Source of the DNA: a virus
Taxonomy: Duplodnaviria; Caudoviricetes
DNA: 64,000 nt
Direction: 5' to 3' (one strand)
IMG/VR virus record: IMGVR_UViG_3300028886_000003
Span: 81,331 to 145,330 of that record
A model generated the notes under the pieces. It made no database searches, had not been told where the DNA came from, and saw only the letters and a program-made list of their open reading frames with translations. Positions 1 to 8,040 of this stretch are shown piece by piece (position 1 is the stretch's first letter; each line of letters begins with the position of its first letter). The translations under genes and the position numbers were made by a program.

Positions 1-1
1 G

Positions 2-772
2 TGTTGCAACTTTCATATTTATTTTAGCATTACCTTGCTGAACAGCATCTAAATACCTACCTCTTCTTAAAGGATCATGTGCCATAAAAGCATTCCTATA
101 CCTTAAATTAGCTAAAGATGGCACTTTATTATAATCAATACTTTCCCACTCGTTATTACACATTTTTACTTCAACTACATTTAAATATGCACGAAGTTCT
201 GATAATAATAAACGATATTGGCGCGGAGACATGCCTAATGACTTAATAATATATTTAGCCATCATTTTAGTTTTTTTGCTACTTGCATTCTCACTTGGTA
301 ACCATTTCGCAAGTAATGAAATAGGTTTGTTATTCTTCATTAATTCTTTATCCATTTTTAATCTTCTATCGATCATATGGATAATTAAATTATCATGTTC
401 CAAATCATAGCCTAAAAGTGATATTAAATCATCCCATCGACCATATTCAGGAATAAGATGTAAGAATTTAACGAAATAGTTTGGATCAATTTGAGCAAGC
501 CTTCTGTAGCATACTCTAAATAATCTTCTTTCACCAAGTCCCCCACGAACATCTCTAGCAAAAAATAACCATTTTAATGCATATTCCTTATTTTCTAAAA
601 AGGCTTCGTCAAATAAAGTTCTAATTAATTCATCATCTGCTTGACGTAAACTACTAACTTGATAATTTAAATCAAGTAATGCTGAGCCTGTGCTTTTATA
701 TCCAATAGCACCATTTTCTGTTATTGAATGATTTTTAATTTCTCTTAACTCATTTCTAATTAAATTAAACAT
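2..772 (-). CDS. DUF2828-family protein (TROVE/Ro60-like N-terminal region; vWA domain expected beyond window), 3'-truncated
   Basis: Manual translation from ATG at 772 (RBS AGGTGGT): MFNLIRNELREIKNHSITENGAIGYKSTGSALLDL...WLFFARDVRGGLGERRLFR...IPEYGRWDDL...SLLAKWLPSENASS...IDYNKVPSLA, hallmark DUF2828 motifs. Not in ORF track because it runs off the window edge. Confidence 0.85.
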   Translation of the reverse strand, partial: MFNLIRNELREIKNHSITENGAIGYKSTGSALLDLNYQVSSLRQADDELIRTLFDEAFLENKEYALKWLFFARDVRGGLGERRLFRVCYRRLAQIDPNYFVKFLHLIPEYGRWDDLISLLGYDLEHDNLIIHMIDRRLKMDKELMKNNKPISLLAKWLPSENASSKKTKMMAKYIIKSLGMSPRQYRLLLSELRAYLNVVEVKMCNNEWESIDYNKVPSLANLRYRNAFMAHDPLRRGRYLDAVQQGNAKINMKVAT

Positions 773-803
773 TATTTAACACCACCTAATATTATATTTA
801 TAC

Positions 804-856
804 AAAGTACTTTATATGAGTTTTCAGTTCACATATTATATTGCTGTTAGTACTTT
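804..856 (-). ncRNA. putative ACAGCAA-motif hairpin RNA, copy 3
   Basis: AAAGTACT-AACAGCAA-...TATGTGA ACTGAAAAC TCATATA...-AGTACTTT: 8-bp terminal stem, conserved motif, inner hairpin. Confidence 0.65.
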
Positions 857-866
857 TTATTTTTGC

Positions 867-922
867 AAGATGCACATATACCAAGTCAAATCCAGGTCTT
901 TATATTTTGCTGTATGCATCTT
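867..922 (-). ncRNA. putative ACAGCAA-motif hairpin RNA, copy 2
   Basis: AAGATGCA-TACAGCAA-...-TGCATCTT: 8-bp terminal stem with a different sequence but the same architecture. Confidence 0.65.
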
Positions 923-940
923 CTTTGAATTCATATAACC

Positions 941-1004
941 AAGATACTTTTTATGTAAAAACTCGCTGTGTTTTAACTTCTTAATTTTTTGCTGTAAGTA
1001 TCTT
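941..1004 (-). ncRNA. putative ACAGCAA-motif hairpin RNA, copy 1
   Basis: AAGATACT-TACAGCAA-...AAAAC ACAGCGA GTTTT...-AGTATCTT; begins ~25 nt downstream of a TATA box. Confidence 0.65.
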
Positions 1005-1028
1005 TAATATATTATTTATATAATCATA

Positions 1029-1043
1029 GTATATAAAGGTTTT
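1029..1043 (-). promoter_or_regulatory. archaeal BRE-TATA promoter for the ACAGCAA RNAs and DUF2828 gene
   Basis: Minus strand AAACCTTTATATAC at canonical spacing from the first hairpin. Confidence 0.65.
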
Positions 1044-1053
1044 GTATACAAAG

Positions 1054-1139
1054 CGACAGGTGAGTGATTCGAACACTCGTGCTCCTTATGAGCTCCGCAT
1101 TAGCAGTGCGGTAGAATTGACCAACTATCTGAACCTGTC
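1054..1139 (-). tRNA. tRNA-Ser(GCT)
   Basis: GACAGGT/ACCTGTC acceptor, CCGCA-CTGCTAA-TGCGG anticodon arm, long variable arm, TTCGAAT T-loop, G73; no encoded CCA. Confidence 0.92.
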
Positions 1140-1296
1140 AATATATATAGAATAAGAGTGCAAAAGTGAGATTATATGTACTTATTTGTCATTTCGAATT
1201 TTATTTAATTTAATTTATAATAGTCTTTTGATATGCAAACTTATTCTAAATATTTTTTTAGTCAATCCTAAACCATAATTATGGAAGAGGATTAAT

Positions 1297-1367
1297 TGGA
1301 CTCAAAGGGAATCGAACCCCTATATCAAGCTCCGAAGACTTGTATGCTTCCATTACATCATAAGTCC
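1297..1367 (-). tRNA. tRNA-Arg(TCG)
   Basis: GGACTTA/TGAGTCC acceptor, CAAGT-CTTCGGA-GCTTG, TTCGATT T-loop. Confidence 0.9.
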
Positions 1368-1372
1368 ATAAG

Positions 1373-1446
1373 TGGGTGTTGCCTGATTTGAACAGACATC
1401 TGCGGTTCTGGAGACCGCCATACTAACCAAGTTATACTAAACACCC
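1373..1446 (-). tRNA. tRNA-Trp(CCA)
   Basis: GGGTGTT/AACACCC acceptor, GCGGT-CTCCAGA-ACCGC, TTCAAAT T-loop. Confidence 0.92.
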
Positions 1447-1451
1447 ATTGA

Positions 1452-1560
1452 CGCCACAGGTGGGATTTGCACCCACATCAAACTCTCTGCACTTTAAATA
1501 TACGAGGCGCTCTCTTTTTGCAACTTTGCCTAGGACGCTGTATAATTGAGCTACTGCGGC
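1452..1560 (-). ncRNA. tRNA-like RNA with expanded D-loop and non-canonical anticodon arm
   Basis: GCCGCAG/CTGTGGC acceptor, TA-GCTC...GAGC D-stem with ~29-nt insert, GTGGG-TGCAAAT-CCCAC T-arm; irregular anticodon arm. Confidence 0.6.
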
Positions 1561-1567
1561 GATTGAA

Positions 1568-1649
1568 TGATAGAGACCGGATTTGAACCGGTGAACCACT
1601 AAGGAACGAGTCCTAAACACGTCGTCTTTGACCGCTTGACTACTCTATC
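1568..1649 (-). tRNA. tRNA-Leu(TAG)
   Basis: GATAGAG/CTCTATC acceptor, ACGTG-TTTAGGA-CTCGT, long variable arm, ACCGG-TTCAAAT-CCGGT. Confidence 0.9.
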
Positions 1650-1676
1650 GAAAATTGTTATATTTTATTAACAAAA

Positions 1677-1787
1677 AGCCTAAGGAGGGACTCGAACCCC
1701 CAACCTATTGATTTCTTGTATTAAGATTATCTACTAAATCATTAATATTACAAGTCAATCGCTCTACCCATTTGGAGCTACTCAGGC
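1677..1787 (-). tRNA. tRNA-Thr(TGT) with 36-nt canonical 37/38 intron (1713-1748)
   Basis: GCCTGAG/CTTAGGC acceptor; ATTGA-CTTGTA-[intron]-A-TCAAT; intron forms a bulge-helix-bulge (CTTG/CAAG central helix, TATTAA/TTAATA outer helix). Confidence 0.92.
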
Positions 1788-1805
1788 TAGTAGATGAAGA
1801 AAAGC

Positions 1806-2204
1806 CTAAGCTCCTTCTTCATCATTTTCAGAAATAGTATTTGGTATTTCTGAGTCTTGTGCAATGTCATCTTCTGATTCAATATCTTCAAACACTGCAT
1901 CTGAATTATTTTTAATCCTTGTCCCTTTTGTGATGATAGCATCAACAACTTGAGGAGAAGAATATGCTGTTATACCAGCAATAAACCATGTTGGAACTGA
2001 AGATGCAGCTAACATTCCTGGATTAGACTCTATTAAAATTAAAGCCGCTACTACACCAATAATTATTGATGAGAGAGATCCTAAGTTAAAAGAAACATCT
2101 TTTCCAATCTTATACCATGTTGGTAGCACAAATTTACCTTTCATCAGGTAAACTCTTACTATTACGCCGATAATAATAGCAAGATATACGTAAATATCAT
2201 ACAT
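1806..2204 (-). CDS. membrane protein, possibly holin-like
   Basis: Three hydrophobic segments, acidic C-terminal tail, GGAGGT RBS. Confidence 0.6.
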   Translation of the reverse strand: MYDIYVYLAIIIGVIVRVYLMKGKFVLPTWYKIGKDVSFNLGSLSSIIIGVVAALILIESNPGMLAASSVPTWFIAGITAYSSPQVVDAIITKGTRIKNNSDAVFEDIESEDDIAQDSEIPNTISENDEEGA

Positions 2205-2257
2205 TTTTTTACCTCCAATAATATTTTATATCAAAGATATATATATATTTTGTGGTT

Positions 2258-2548
2258 TTATAAATTAGTAAAATCAATTGGAATTTGTAATGTATGTTTT
2301 CCACATTTTAAAAATAATATAATTTTTTCATCTTGAACAACTGAATGGCTATATTCAATCTCTGAATCAACATTAAGATGTGTATGTAAAATTTGTTGGC
2401 TAAAATTAGGTAATACGATATTAGATAATTCCTCACCATCAAATTCCAACTCAATACCATTATCAAGCTTAATACATTGTGGCTGATTACATTCAGACAA
2501 TCGAATATGTAATTCATCTTGATCTTGTATATACTTAACTACTGTCAT
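2258..2548 (-). CDS. hypothetical protein (DUF2283-like N-terminus, weak)
   Basis: ORF track; Y..D.D.L.I.L...I.LEFD pattern. Confidence 0.5.
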   Translation of the reverse strand: MTVVKYIQDQDELHIRLSECNQPQCIKLDNGIELEFDGEELSNIVLPNFSQQILHTHLNVDSEIEYSHSVVQDEKIILFLKCGKHTLQIPIDFTNL

Positions 2549-2894
2549 TATGCACCTGAATAATATGTGTTACTACTGATTTATCATCATTTTGTGTTAC
2601 AAATTGATAATGATGCCCAACTTCTATATTATTAAAAATATCTCTACCAAAACTGTCTGGAGGCAAATCATATGACTCATTTTTATCATTTATAACAATA
2701 TATCTCTGATGACCATTATTGTCAACATATTTGTCAGCTACTGTAAATTCAGTATAATTAATACTTTGGTCATGAAAAGTATTACTCATATACATAATAC
2801 CTAATGTTCCAATACCAAATACTAATAACATTACAATTAAAATTATTAGTATATACTTACATTTTGATTGTTTTATTCTGTTAATTATTTTCAT
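2535..2894 (-). CDS. membrane-anchored hypothetical protein
   Basis: N-terminal TM helix followed by a beta-rich domain. Confidence 0.6.
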   Translation of the reverse strand: MKIINRIKQSKCKYILIILIVMLLVFGIGTLGIMYMSNTFHDQSINYTEFTVADKYVDNNGHQRYIVINDKNESYDLPPDSFGRDIFNNIEVGHHYQFVTQNDDKSVVTHIIQVHNDSS

Positions 2895-3522
2895 TTTGCT
2901 GCTCCCTTGCTTTTTGACATGGAATACATTTTTCTCTAAAAGTATAATCTACATCAATTGCCATATCTTCTGTTGCTCTTTCAGATATGCCTTCAAATAA
3001 TTCTTTTAAAATCATATCTACCTGTGCTTGTTCATCCTTCATATGTGTATCAAATTGTATTTCATACATTATATCAACTTTTTCCACAGGATAATATTTA
3101 TAAGTTACACGATTTATTGTATCATTATTTTTTGCTCTAAAGTCAAATATATATCTTGTTAAGTCTTCGTATTTAGCTACGAGATTTTCATGATCTTTTC
3201 TGCCTTCAACTAAAATATCAAATAAATCTATTGTATGATATGTCCAATATGTTTGTGATCCATCCCAATATTTGAATCTAAATTTTTCATCTCTTAAATC
3301 AATAGTTAATGATGCTACATTTTGTTGTTCTACCATATTTTCTGCACGCATATTAGTATGGTATAACATTGATAAATTAGTTACAAAATTTTTATTATTT
3401 AAGAAATTAAGTATTTCAGTGATTTTTTCTATTTTTTTCTCACATTCTATATATGTAAGTATTCTTAATTCAATATATGATGCTGGAGCTCCTAATTCAT
3501 CAACAAAATACTTCTCAGTCAT
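2881..3522 (-). CDS. hypothetical protein
   Basis: 213-aa ORF coupled to neighbours, C-terminal CxxC. Confidence 0.6.
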   Translation of the reverse strand: MTEKYFVDELGAPASYIELRILTYIECEKKIEKITEILNFLNNKNFVTNLSMLYHTNMRAENMVEQQNVASLTIDLRDEKFRFKYWDGSQTYWTYHTIDLFDILVEGRKDHENLVAKYEDLTRYIFDFRAKNNDTINRVTYKYYPVEKVDIMYEIQFDTHMKDEQAQVDMILKELFEGISERATEDMAIDVDYTFREKCIPCQKAREQQNENN

Positions 3523-3652
3523 TTTCTATCTCACTACCCATTACCATTTCTTTTCCATAGATTGAAGTAATTGAATATTGTTGGAATGCTCTAACATATG
3601 GTGCTGCAAAATCTTTTTTTAATATTTTACAATTTTTATCTGTATACATTTT

Positions 3653-3910
3653 TTAATCCTCCGAATGTATTGAAAATGTTTTAATATTACTATATAATAT
3701 TTCACAAACTGTATCGTTTGTGTTAATTTGCATATAATCTCTTATTAACTTTATTTTTACTGAATCGGAGATATAAATATATAAATCATTTAACAAGATA
3801 AAAGAAGCATCATAAGATAAAAAAATATATTCTGAATCACATTGGTAATTATTTTGATATATTTGATTCAAAGTATCATCTAATTGAAATTTATTTTCTA
3901 TATGTTGCAT
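3653..3910 (-). CDS. hypothetical protein
   Basis: ORF with GAGGT RBS. Confidence 0.55.
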   Translation of the reverse strand: MQHIENKFQLDDTLNQIYQNNYQCDSEYIFLSYDASFILLNDLYIYISDSVKIKLIRDYMQINTNDTVCEILYSNIKTFSIHSED

Positions 3911-3971
3911 TTTCTTTACCTCATTTTCATATTTGTAACAACAATATAAAAAGGTTAAGATTTTTCAACTA

Positions 3972-4277
3972 TTATTGATATAGTCCAACATTTGTTTCAG
4001 TACCTTTTTGTACTTCTAATAAATCAGCACCATTATATATTCCTATTGCAATAATTTCATCTTTTCTTATTGTCATACTTTGTGAAACATTGCCTAAAAA
4101 TACTAAAAATGATGCCCAATCATCATCTTCGTACATGTAACAGCACATATCATATCTTAAAGTTTTTGTTTCAATAGTTAAGAGAAGTTCTTCTATTTCT
4201 TCTACATGTTCTCCATCTACATAATCCTTGTCTACTAAATATTGATCCATAGCAAGTATTTGCTTTTTAATATTCAT
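3972..4277 (-). CDS. hypothetical protein
   Basis: ORF with ATGA overlap to the upstream gene. Confidence 0.55.
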   Translation of the reverse strand: MNIKKQILAMDQYLVDKDYVDGEHVEEIEELLLTIETKTLRYDMCCYMYEDDDWASFLVFLGNVSQSMTIRKDEIIAIGIYNGADLLEVQKGTETNVGLYQ

Positions 4278-4486
4278 TTAAACACATCTATTTGTTTGAT
4301 ATTGTTATAATTATACCAAACTTTACTGATAGGGCCTGATTGAATAATGAAGCCATTTTCTTCATATTCAATCTCCGATGGTTTAATACCACCTTTGCCA
4401 ATAATTATTTTTGTGCCATCATTAAGATATATATTTATAATTTTACTTTCAAGCACTTTTGACATTAGTTCTTTTTTAAAAGACAT
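4274..4486 (-). CDS. hypothetical small beta-barrel (Sm-like?) protein
   Basis: Start MSFKKEL after AGGAGA RBS; IYLNDG...WYNYNNIKQI pattern. Confidence 0.55.
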   Translation of the reverse strand: MSFKKELMSKVLESKIINIYLNDGTKIIIGKGGIKPSEIEYEENGFIIQSGPISKVWYNYNNIKQIDVFK

Positions 4487-4487
4487 A

Positions 4488-4775
4488 TTATATCTCCTTA
4501 TATTCGTATAAAACATAAAATTTATCAGTTAAGTTTTTAGTATAATCTTCTATGAAATTAACATTTTTTATACCTTCTTCCAAAACAGATGGATGTCGAT
4601 CTATATAGATTTCATTATCAAAAATATAATAATTATATTCTTTTTTTAATGATTGTAGAAACTTAAATTCTGAGTCAGTAAGATCAAATTTTTCTAATGC
4701 CTTAACTATGGTATGTCTTTCAGAAGATTCTGTGTATACTACATCATGAGATATAATTCTTGTCAATTGATACAT
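4488..4775 (-). CDS. hypothetical protein
   Basis: ORF track, GGAGGA RBS. Confidence 0.55.
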   Translation of the reverse strand: MYQLTRIISHDVVYTESSERHTIVKALEKFDLTDSEFKFLQSLKKEYNYYIFDNEIYIDRHPSVLEEGIKNVNFIEDYTKNLTDKFYVLYEYKEI

Positions 4776-5373
4776 TTAAGTCCTCCATATGTTCTTCTGC
4801 TAATTTTTTATATACATCTGATAAATGTAAATAATGTTGTACTCTTTCTTCAGTACTCATAACTTTAGAATTTTTAGAAGAAAAAAATGCACGTTCATTT
4901 GTATTACATAGTAATTTTATAACTTCTACACATGATTTGAGATCGGTATCATTATCTACAACAAAATCCACATCTGATTTTGAAGGTATACTAATGTTTC
5001 TATTCTTTCTTTTTTCATCTATATAAACATTTTTTCGTTTTATTAAAACAGATAATACTTCTGCCTTTGGTAATGCAGATAAAACACAGTTAATTCCTGA
5101 AACATCAGTAATGTATACGTTAATTTTATCTTCAACAAATTGTTTTTTTAAACTTAAATAATAATACCCATCTATTTTAGTGAAGCCTGCAACATTGCTT
5201 AAATCCACTTTATTAAAATATTCTTTGTCGACAAAAATATGATCATTATCATTATCTCTTTTAGGACGATTAGTTAATGATTTAATAATATTATATTTAT
5301 CATTTTGTGCGAGTTTCATAGCTATACTACTTTTGCCAACACCTGGTGAACCACAAAGAAAGAGAATTTTCAT
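4744..5373 (-). CDS. gmk: guanylate kinase-like nucleotide monophosphate kinase
   Basis: P-loop GSPGVGKS, S.TNRPKR and DHIFV motifs of the guanylate kinase family, FVVDND. Confidence 0.75.
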   Translation of the reverse strand: MKILFLCGSPGVGKSSIAMKLAQNDKYNIIKSLTNRPKRDNDNDHIFVDKEYFNKVDLSNVAGFTKIDGYYYLSLKKQFVEDKINVYITDVSGINCVLSALPKAEVLSVLIKRKNVYIDEKRKNRNISIPSKSDVDFVVDNDTDLKSCVEVIKLLCNTNERAFFSSKNSKVMSTEERVQHYLHLSDVYKKLAEEHMEDLNVSIDKNYIS

Positions 5374-5699
5374 TAAACCCCCTCCTCTTCGTCTTTGAAT
5401 ATTTTTACAAATAAATTTGCATATGAAAAATCTGATTGTACTCTAATTGCATCTAAGTCTTGATTATATGAATCTCTAAGATTATAAATGTGATTAAAAG
5501 CATTTGAATTTTTTTTACTAACAAAAGCAACTACTTCTTGATCATTCATATCACATAAATAATATCCATTATTATCATCGAAAACTTGGAATCTTGCATC
5601 GCACCATTTAATCCATTCTTTAATAACGTCAGTAACATCTAATCTTGCTAACTTACTTGCATTACGAATAGCAAAAGCATCTATTATTTTTGAGTCCAT
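5373..5699 (-). CDS. hypothetical protein
   Basis: Start MDSKII after AGGTGA RBS. Confidence 0.55.
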   Translation of the reverse strand: MDSKIIDAFAIRNASKLARLDVTDVIKEWIKWCDARFQVFDDNNGYYLCDMNDQEVVAFVSKKNSNAFNHIYNLRDSYNQDLDAIRVQSDFSYANLFVKIFKDEEEGV

Positions 5700-5703
5700 T
5701 TTA

Positions 5704-6303
5704 TCACCTTTTTTTAATTGGTATTTTCCATACCGCACTAAACCAATATCTATCGTCAATTTCTTTTGCATCTATGCCTAAGGTATCTGCTATAATGCTT
5801 GTAGACATTGATGTATTACCAATAGGTTTTATAACAATATTTGTATTTGTTAAATAACAATATGCATTTTTTATCTTTTGCATATGTGATAAAACCATAT
5901 TAGAGGCATCAATATAGTCTTGAATAGTTTCTGCTTCACTTAAGAAATTAATTTTATCCCATAAAGATATATCCGGCATTTTCCATTCTACAAAATCATC
6001 TAATTCTCCTTTTTCCCTCATATTTTCCATCTCCGCTACAAATTCTGGGTCCAATAAAAGTTTACTTTCTAATGTATCTAACATGTCCCAGCAAAAATTA
6101 AATATAGTAGTAGTATCATTTGATACAGGTTTAGAACTGCATCTAAAAGAACTTAATCTATCTTCAAGTTTAAAAAGTTCATCTGATGTAATAGTTGCCA
6201 TATTAGGGCTTGAATACATATGGCCATCTACATTAATCCAAAATTTTGCATTATCTTCGTCATCATAGTTATCTAAATATTCTTTGATATGTTTAATCTT
6301 CAT
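5704..6303 (-). CDS. hypothetical protein
   Basis: 199-aa ORF, GGTGA RBS. Confidence 0.6.
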   Translation of the reverse strand: MKIKHIKEYLDNYDDEDNAKFWINVDGHMYSSPNMATITSDELFKLEDRLSSFRCSSKPVSNDTTTIFNFCWDMLDTLESKLLLDPEFVAEMENMREKGELDDFVEWKMPDISLWDKINFLSEAETIQDYIDASNMVLSHMQKIKNAYCYLTNTNIVIKPIGNTSMSTSIIADTLGIDAKEIDDRYWFSAVWKIPIKKR

Positions 6304-6603
6304 TTAATCACCATTCATTACTAAGTCTATAGCTGCTTCCAGCATTAATTTTGTTGACATATATTCTTGCTCTGAAATTGAAGGCAAGTTTATAGATTTT
6401 TCTCTAATATATGAGTTGTAATAATCAAATCCACTTGAAATTGATTCGTATATATCATCGGCAGAAATATATCCTTCGGTTTCATTTGTAATGTAATCAC
6501 AAATCTTTTTTACAAATGCTGCTGATATTGAATCTCCTTCTTGATATGATGATATTATATCATACATTATATCCCACATTACATCTTCAGAAATAAGGTT
6601 CAT
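6304..6603 (-). CDS. hypothetical protein
   Basis: ORF abutting neighbours. Confidence 0.55.
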   Translation of the reverse strand: MNLISEDVMWDIMYDIISSYQEGDSISAAFVKKICDYITNETEGYISADDIYESISSGFDYYNSYIREKSINLPSISEQEYMSTKLMLEAAIDLVMNGD

Positions 6604-6891
6604 CTATACAACCCCCATATATTGTAGTGCTTCACGTCCAAGTTCTGTTATACTGTAAATTCTATTTCTAGCGACATTATTATGCTTTATAAAGCCATGA
6701 TCTACTAATCCTTTGATTAATCTATGCATATAAAAATATCTTGCGTCAGATATTTCTTCATTATATATCACTGATACTCTAGAAATTATTTCAGTTGCTG
6801 GTCCTTTTTCTTGAAGGACAGATAATAGAATAGCCTGCCTGATATCACTACCCATTATATAACTTAAATCATCATCATTCAATTGTATCAC
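6604..6891 (-). CDS. winged helix-turn-helix transcriptional regulator
   Basis: R..IL..L...GP..A.EI...L..LVDHGFI...RIYSITELGREAL, a MarR/PadR/ArsR-like wHTH signature. Confidence 0.75.
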   Translation of the reverse strand: MIQLNDDDLSYIMGSDIRQAILLSVLQEKGPATEIISRVSVIYNEEISDARYFYMHRLIKGLVDHGFIKHNNVARNRIYSITELGREALQYMGVV

Positions 6892-7106
6892 ATCCTTTTC
6901 ATATCTTTTAAAACATCATCCGGTATATATGTTAAACAAAATTCCTCCCATGAGAAAACAATATCCGGCACAAAAAAATTCTCAGAAAATTTCGCACATT
7001 GTATTATATGTAGTAATGCAGTTCGAGCTGTTGAACAATCGACTACTTTTGATACTAATTCTTCTGTTAATTCTACAAATTCATCTACATCTTGTTGTGT
7101 TGTCAT
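6888..7106 (-). CDS. hypothetical protein
   Basis: ORF track, GGGGGT RBS. Confidence 0.5.
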   Translation of the reverse strand: MTTQQDVDEFVELTEELVSKVVDCSTARTALLHIIQCAKFSENFFVPDIVFSWEEFCLTYIPDDVLKDMKRM

Positions 7107-7422
7107 TTTTTATACCCCCATTCTGTTATACCATGCACCTGACTCAGTTCCTGGTGCAAATAGTAATATAATTAATACAAATAACATAAAACCTACTATT
7201 GTTCCAACTACAAATAATTGATATTGATTTTCATATACCCATGATTTTAGGTTCATATTGTTCCCTCCGCAATATATGTTTTATTTTCATTAATGAGAAA
7301 ATTAATAAAAGTTGCAAAGATTACTTTATTGTTTCTTCTTAATGAAAGATATACGAAACTTAGTTCTTCATCGGTCATTTGCCTCCATCTATTAGCTAAT
7401 TGATGTTGGTATTGATAACGAG

Positions 7423-7851
7423 TCATAAAAATGCACCTCCTATTGCACAATGTTTATTGACAAAATAAAAATATAATGTTTTTGCTATATGTACTGGTAC
7501 TTCAAATACTACATTTAAATAAACATAATATGTTTGATTTTTCCATTTACTATAATAATATTTAAAAACGTCCAATAAATCGTAATATTCTTTTGCATAA
7601 TCAAAAGCATAGTAAAACAACATTTCTTCTACGTTATAGCATTCTTCTTTTATGGTTAGTCTTAGTTTATTCATGTATATGTAAAGACCGACATTATATT
7701 TTTGTTTAGTTTTAAGCATTTCATTGTATTTTTTTACAAATCTTTTAATGTGCTTTTGTAATCGATTTAATGATATGTAGAATCCTTGATCAGGAAATAT
7801 CTTTGATATATCGTTCTCAGTTATTCTTTTTTCACAAATCATTTGTATCAC
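7423..7851 (-). CDS. hypothetical protein
   Basis: ORF directly downstream of a TATA promoter at ~7880-7893. Confidence 0.55.
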   Translation of the reverse strand: MIQMICEKRITENDISKIFPDQGFYISLNRLQKHIKRFVKKYNEMLKTKQKYNVGLYIYMNKLRLTIKEECYNVEEMLFYYAFDYAKEYYDLLDVFKYYYSKWKNQTYYVYLNVVFEVPVHIAKTLYFYFVNKHCAIGGAFL

Positions 7852-7896
7852 CTCTCTAAATATACTTTTATTTAACCCTATATATAAATGTTTTGG

Positions 7897-8040
7897 TTAT
7901 ATATGAATTAGGACCACCCATTGATATCCGCATGTTTTACATTTTACTTTAATTTTTTTTGTGTGCAATCCTGCATCATAATAATAATCAATTAAATATG
8001 TGTCATTTGATGTACATACTGGACATTTTTTAATAGCCAC
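7897..8040 (-). CDS. 47-aa zinc-ribbon protein (TFIIS/TFS C-ribbon-like)
   Basis: Manual translation from GTG after GGGTGA RBS: MAIKKCPVCTSNDTYLIDYYYDAGLHTKKIKVKCKTCGYQWVVLIHI; below the ORF-track cutoff. Confidence 0.6.
   Translation of the reverse strand: MAIKKCPVCTSNDTYLIDYYYDAGLHTKKIKVKCKTCGYQWVVLIHI

Noticed and set aside
1432-1620. 62-aa ORF in the track
   Set aside because: It overlaps tRNA-Trp, the tRNA-like RNA and tRNA-Leu; spurious.
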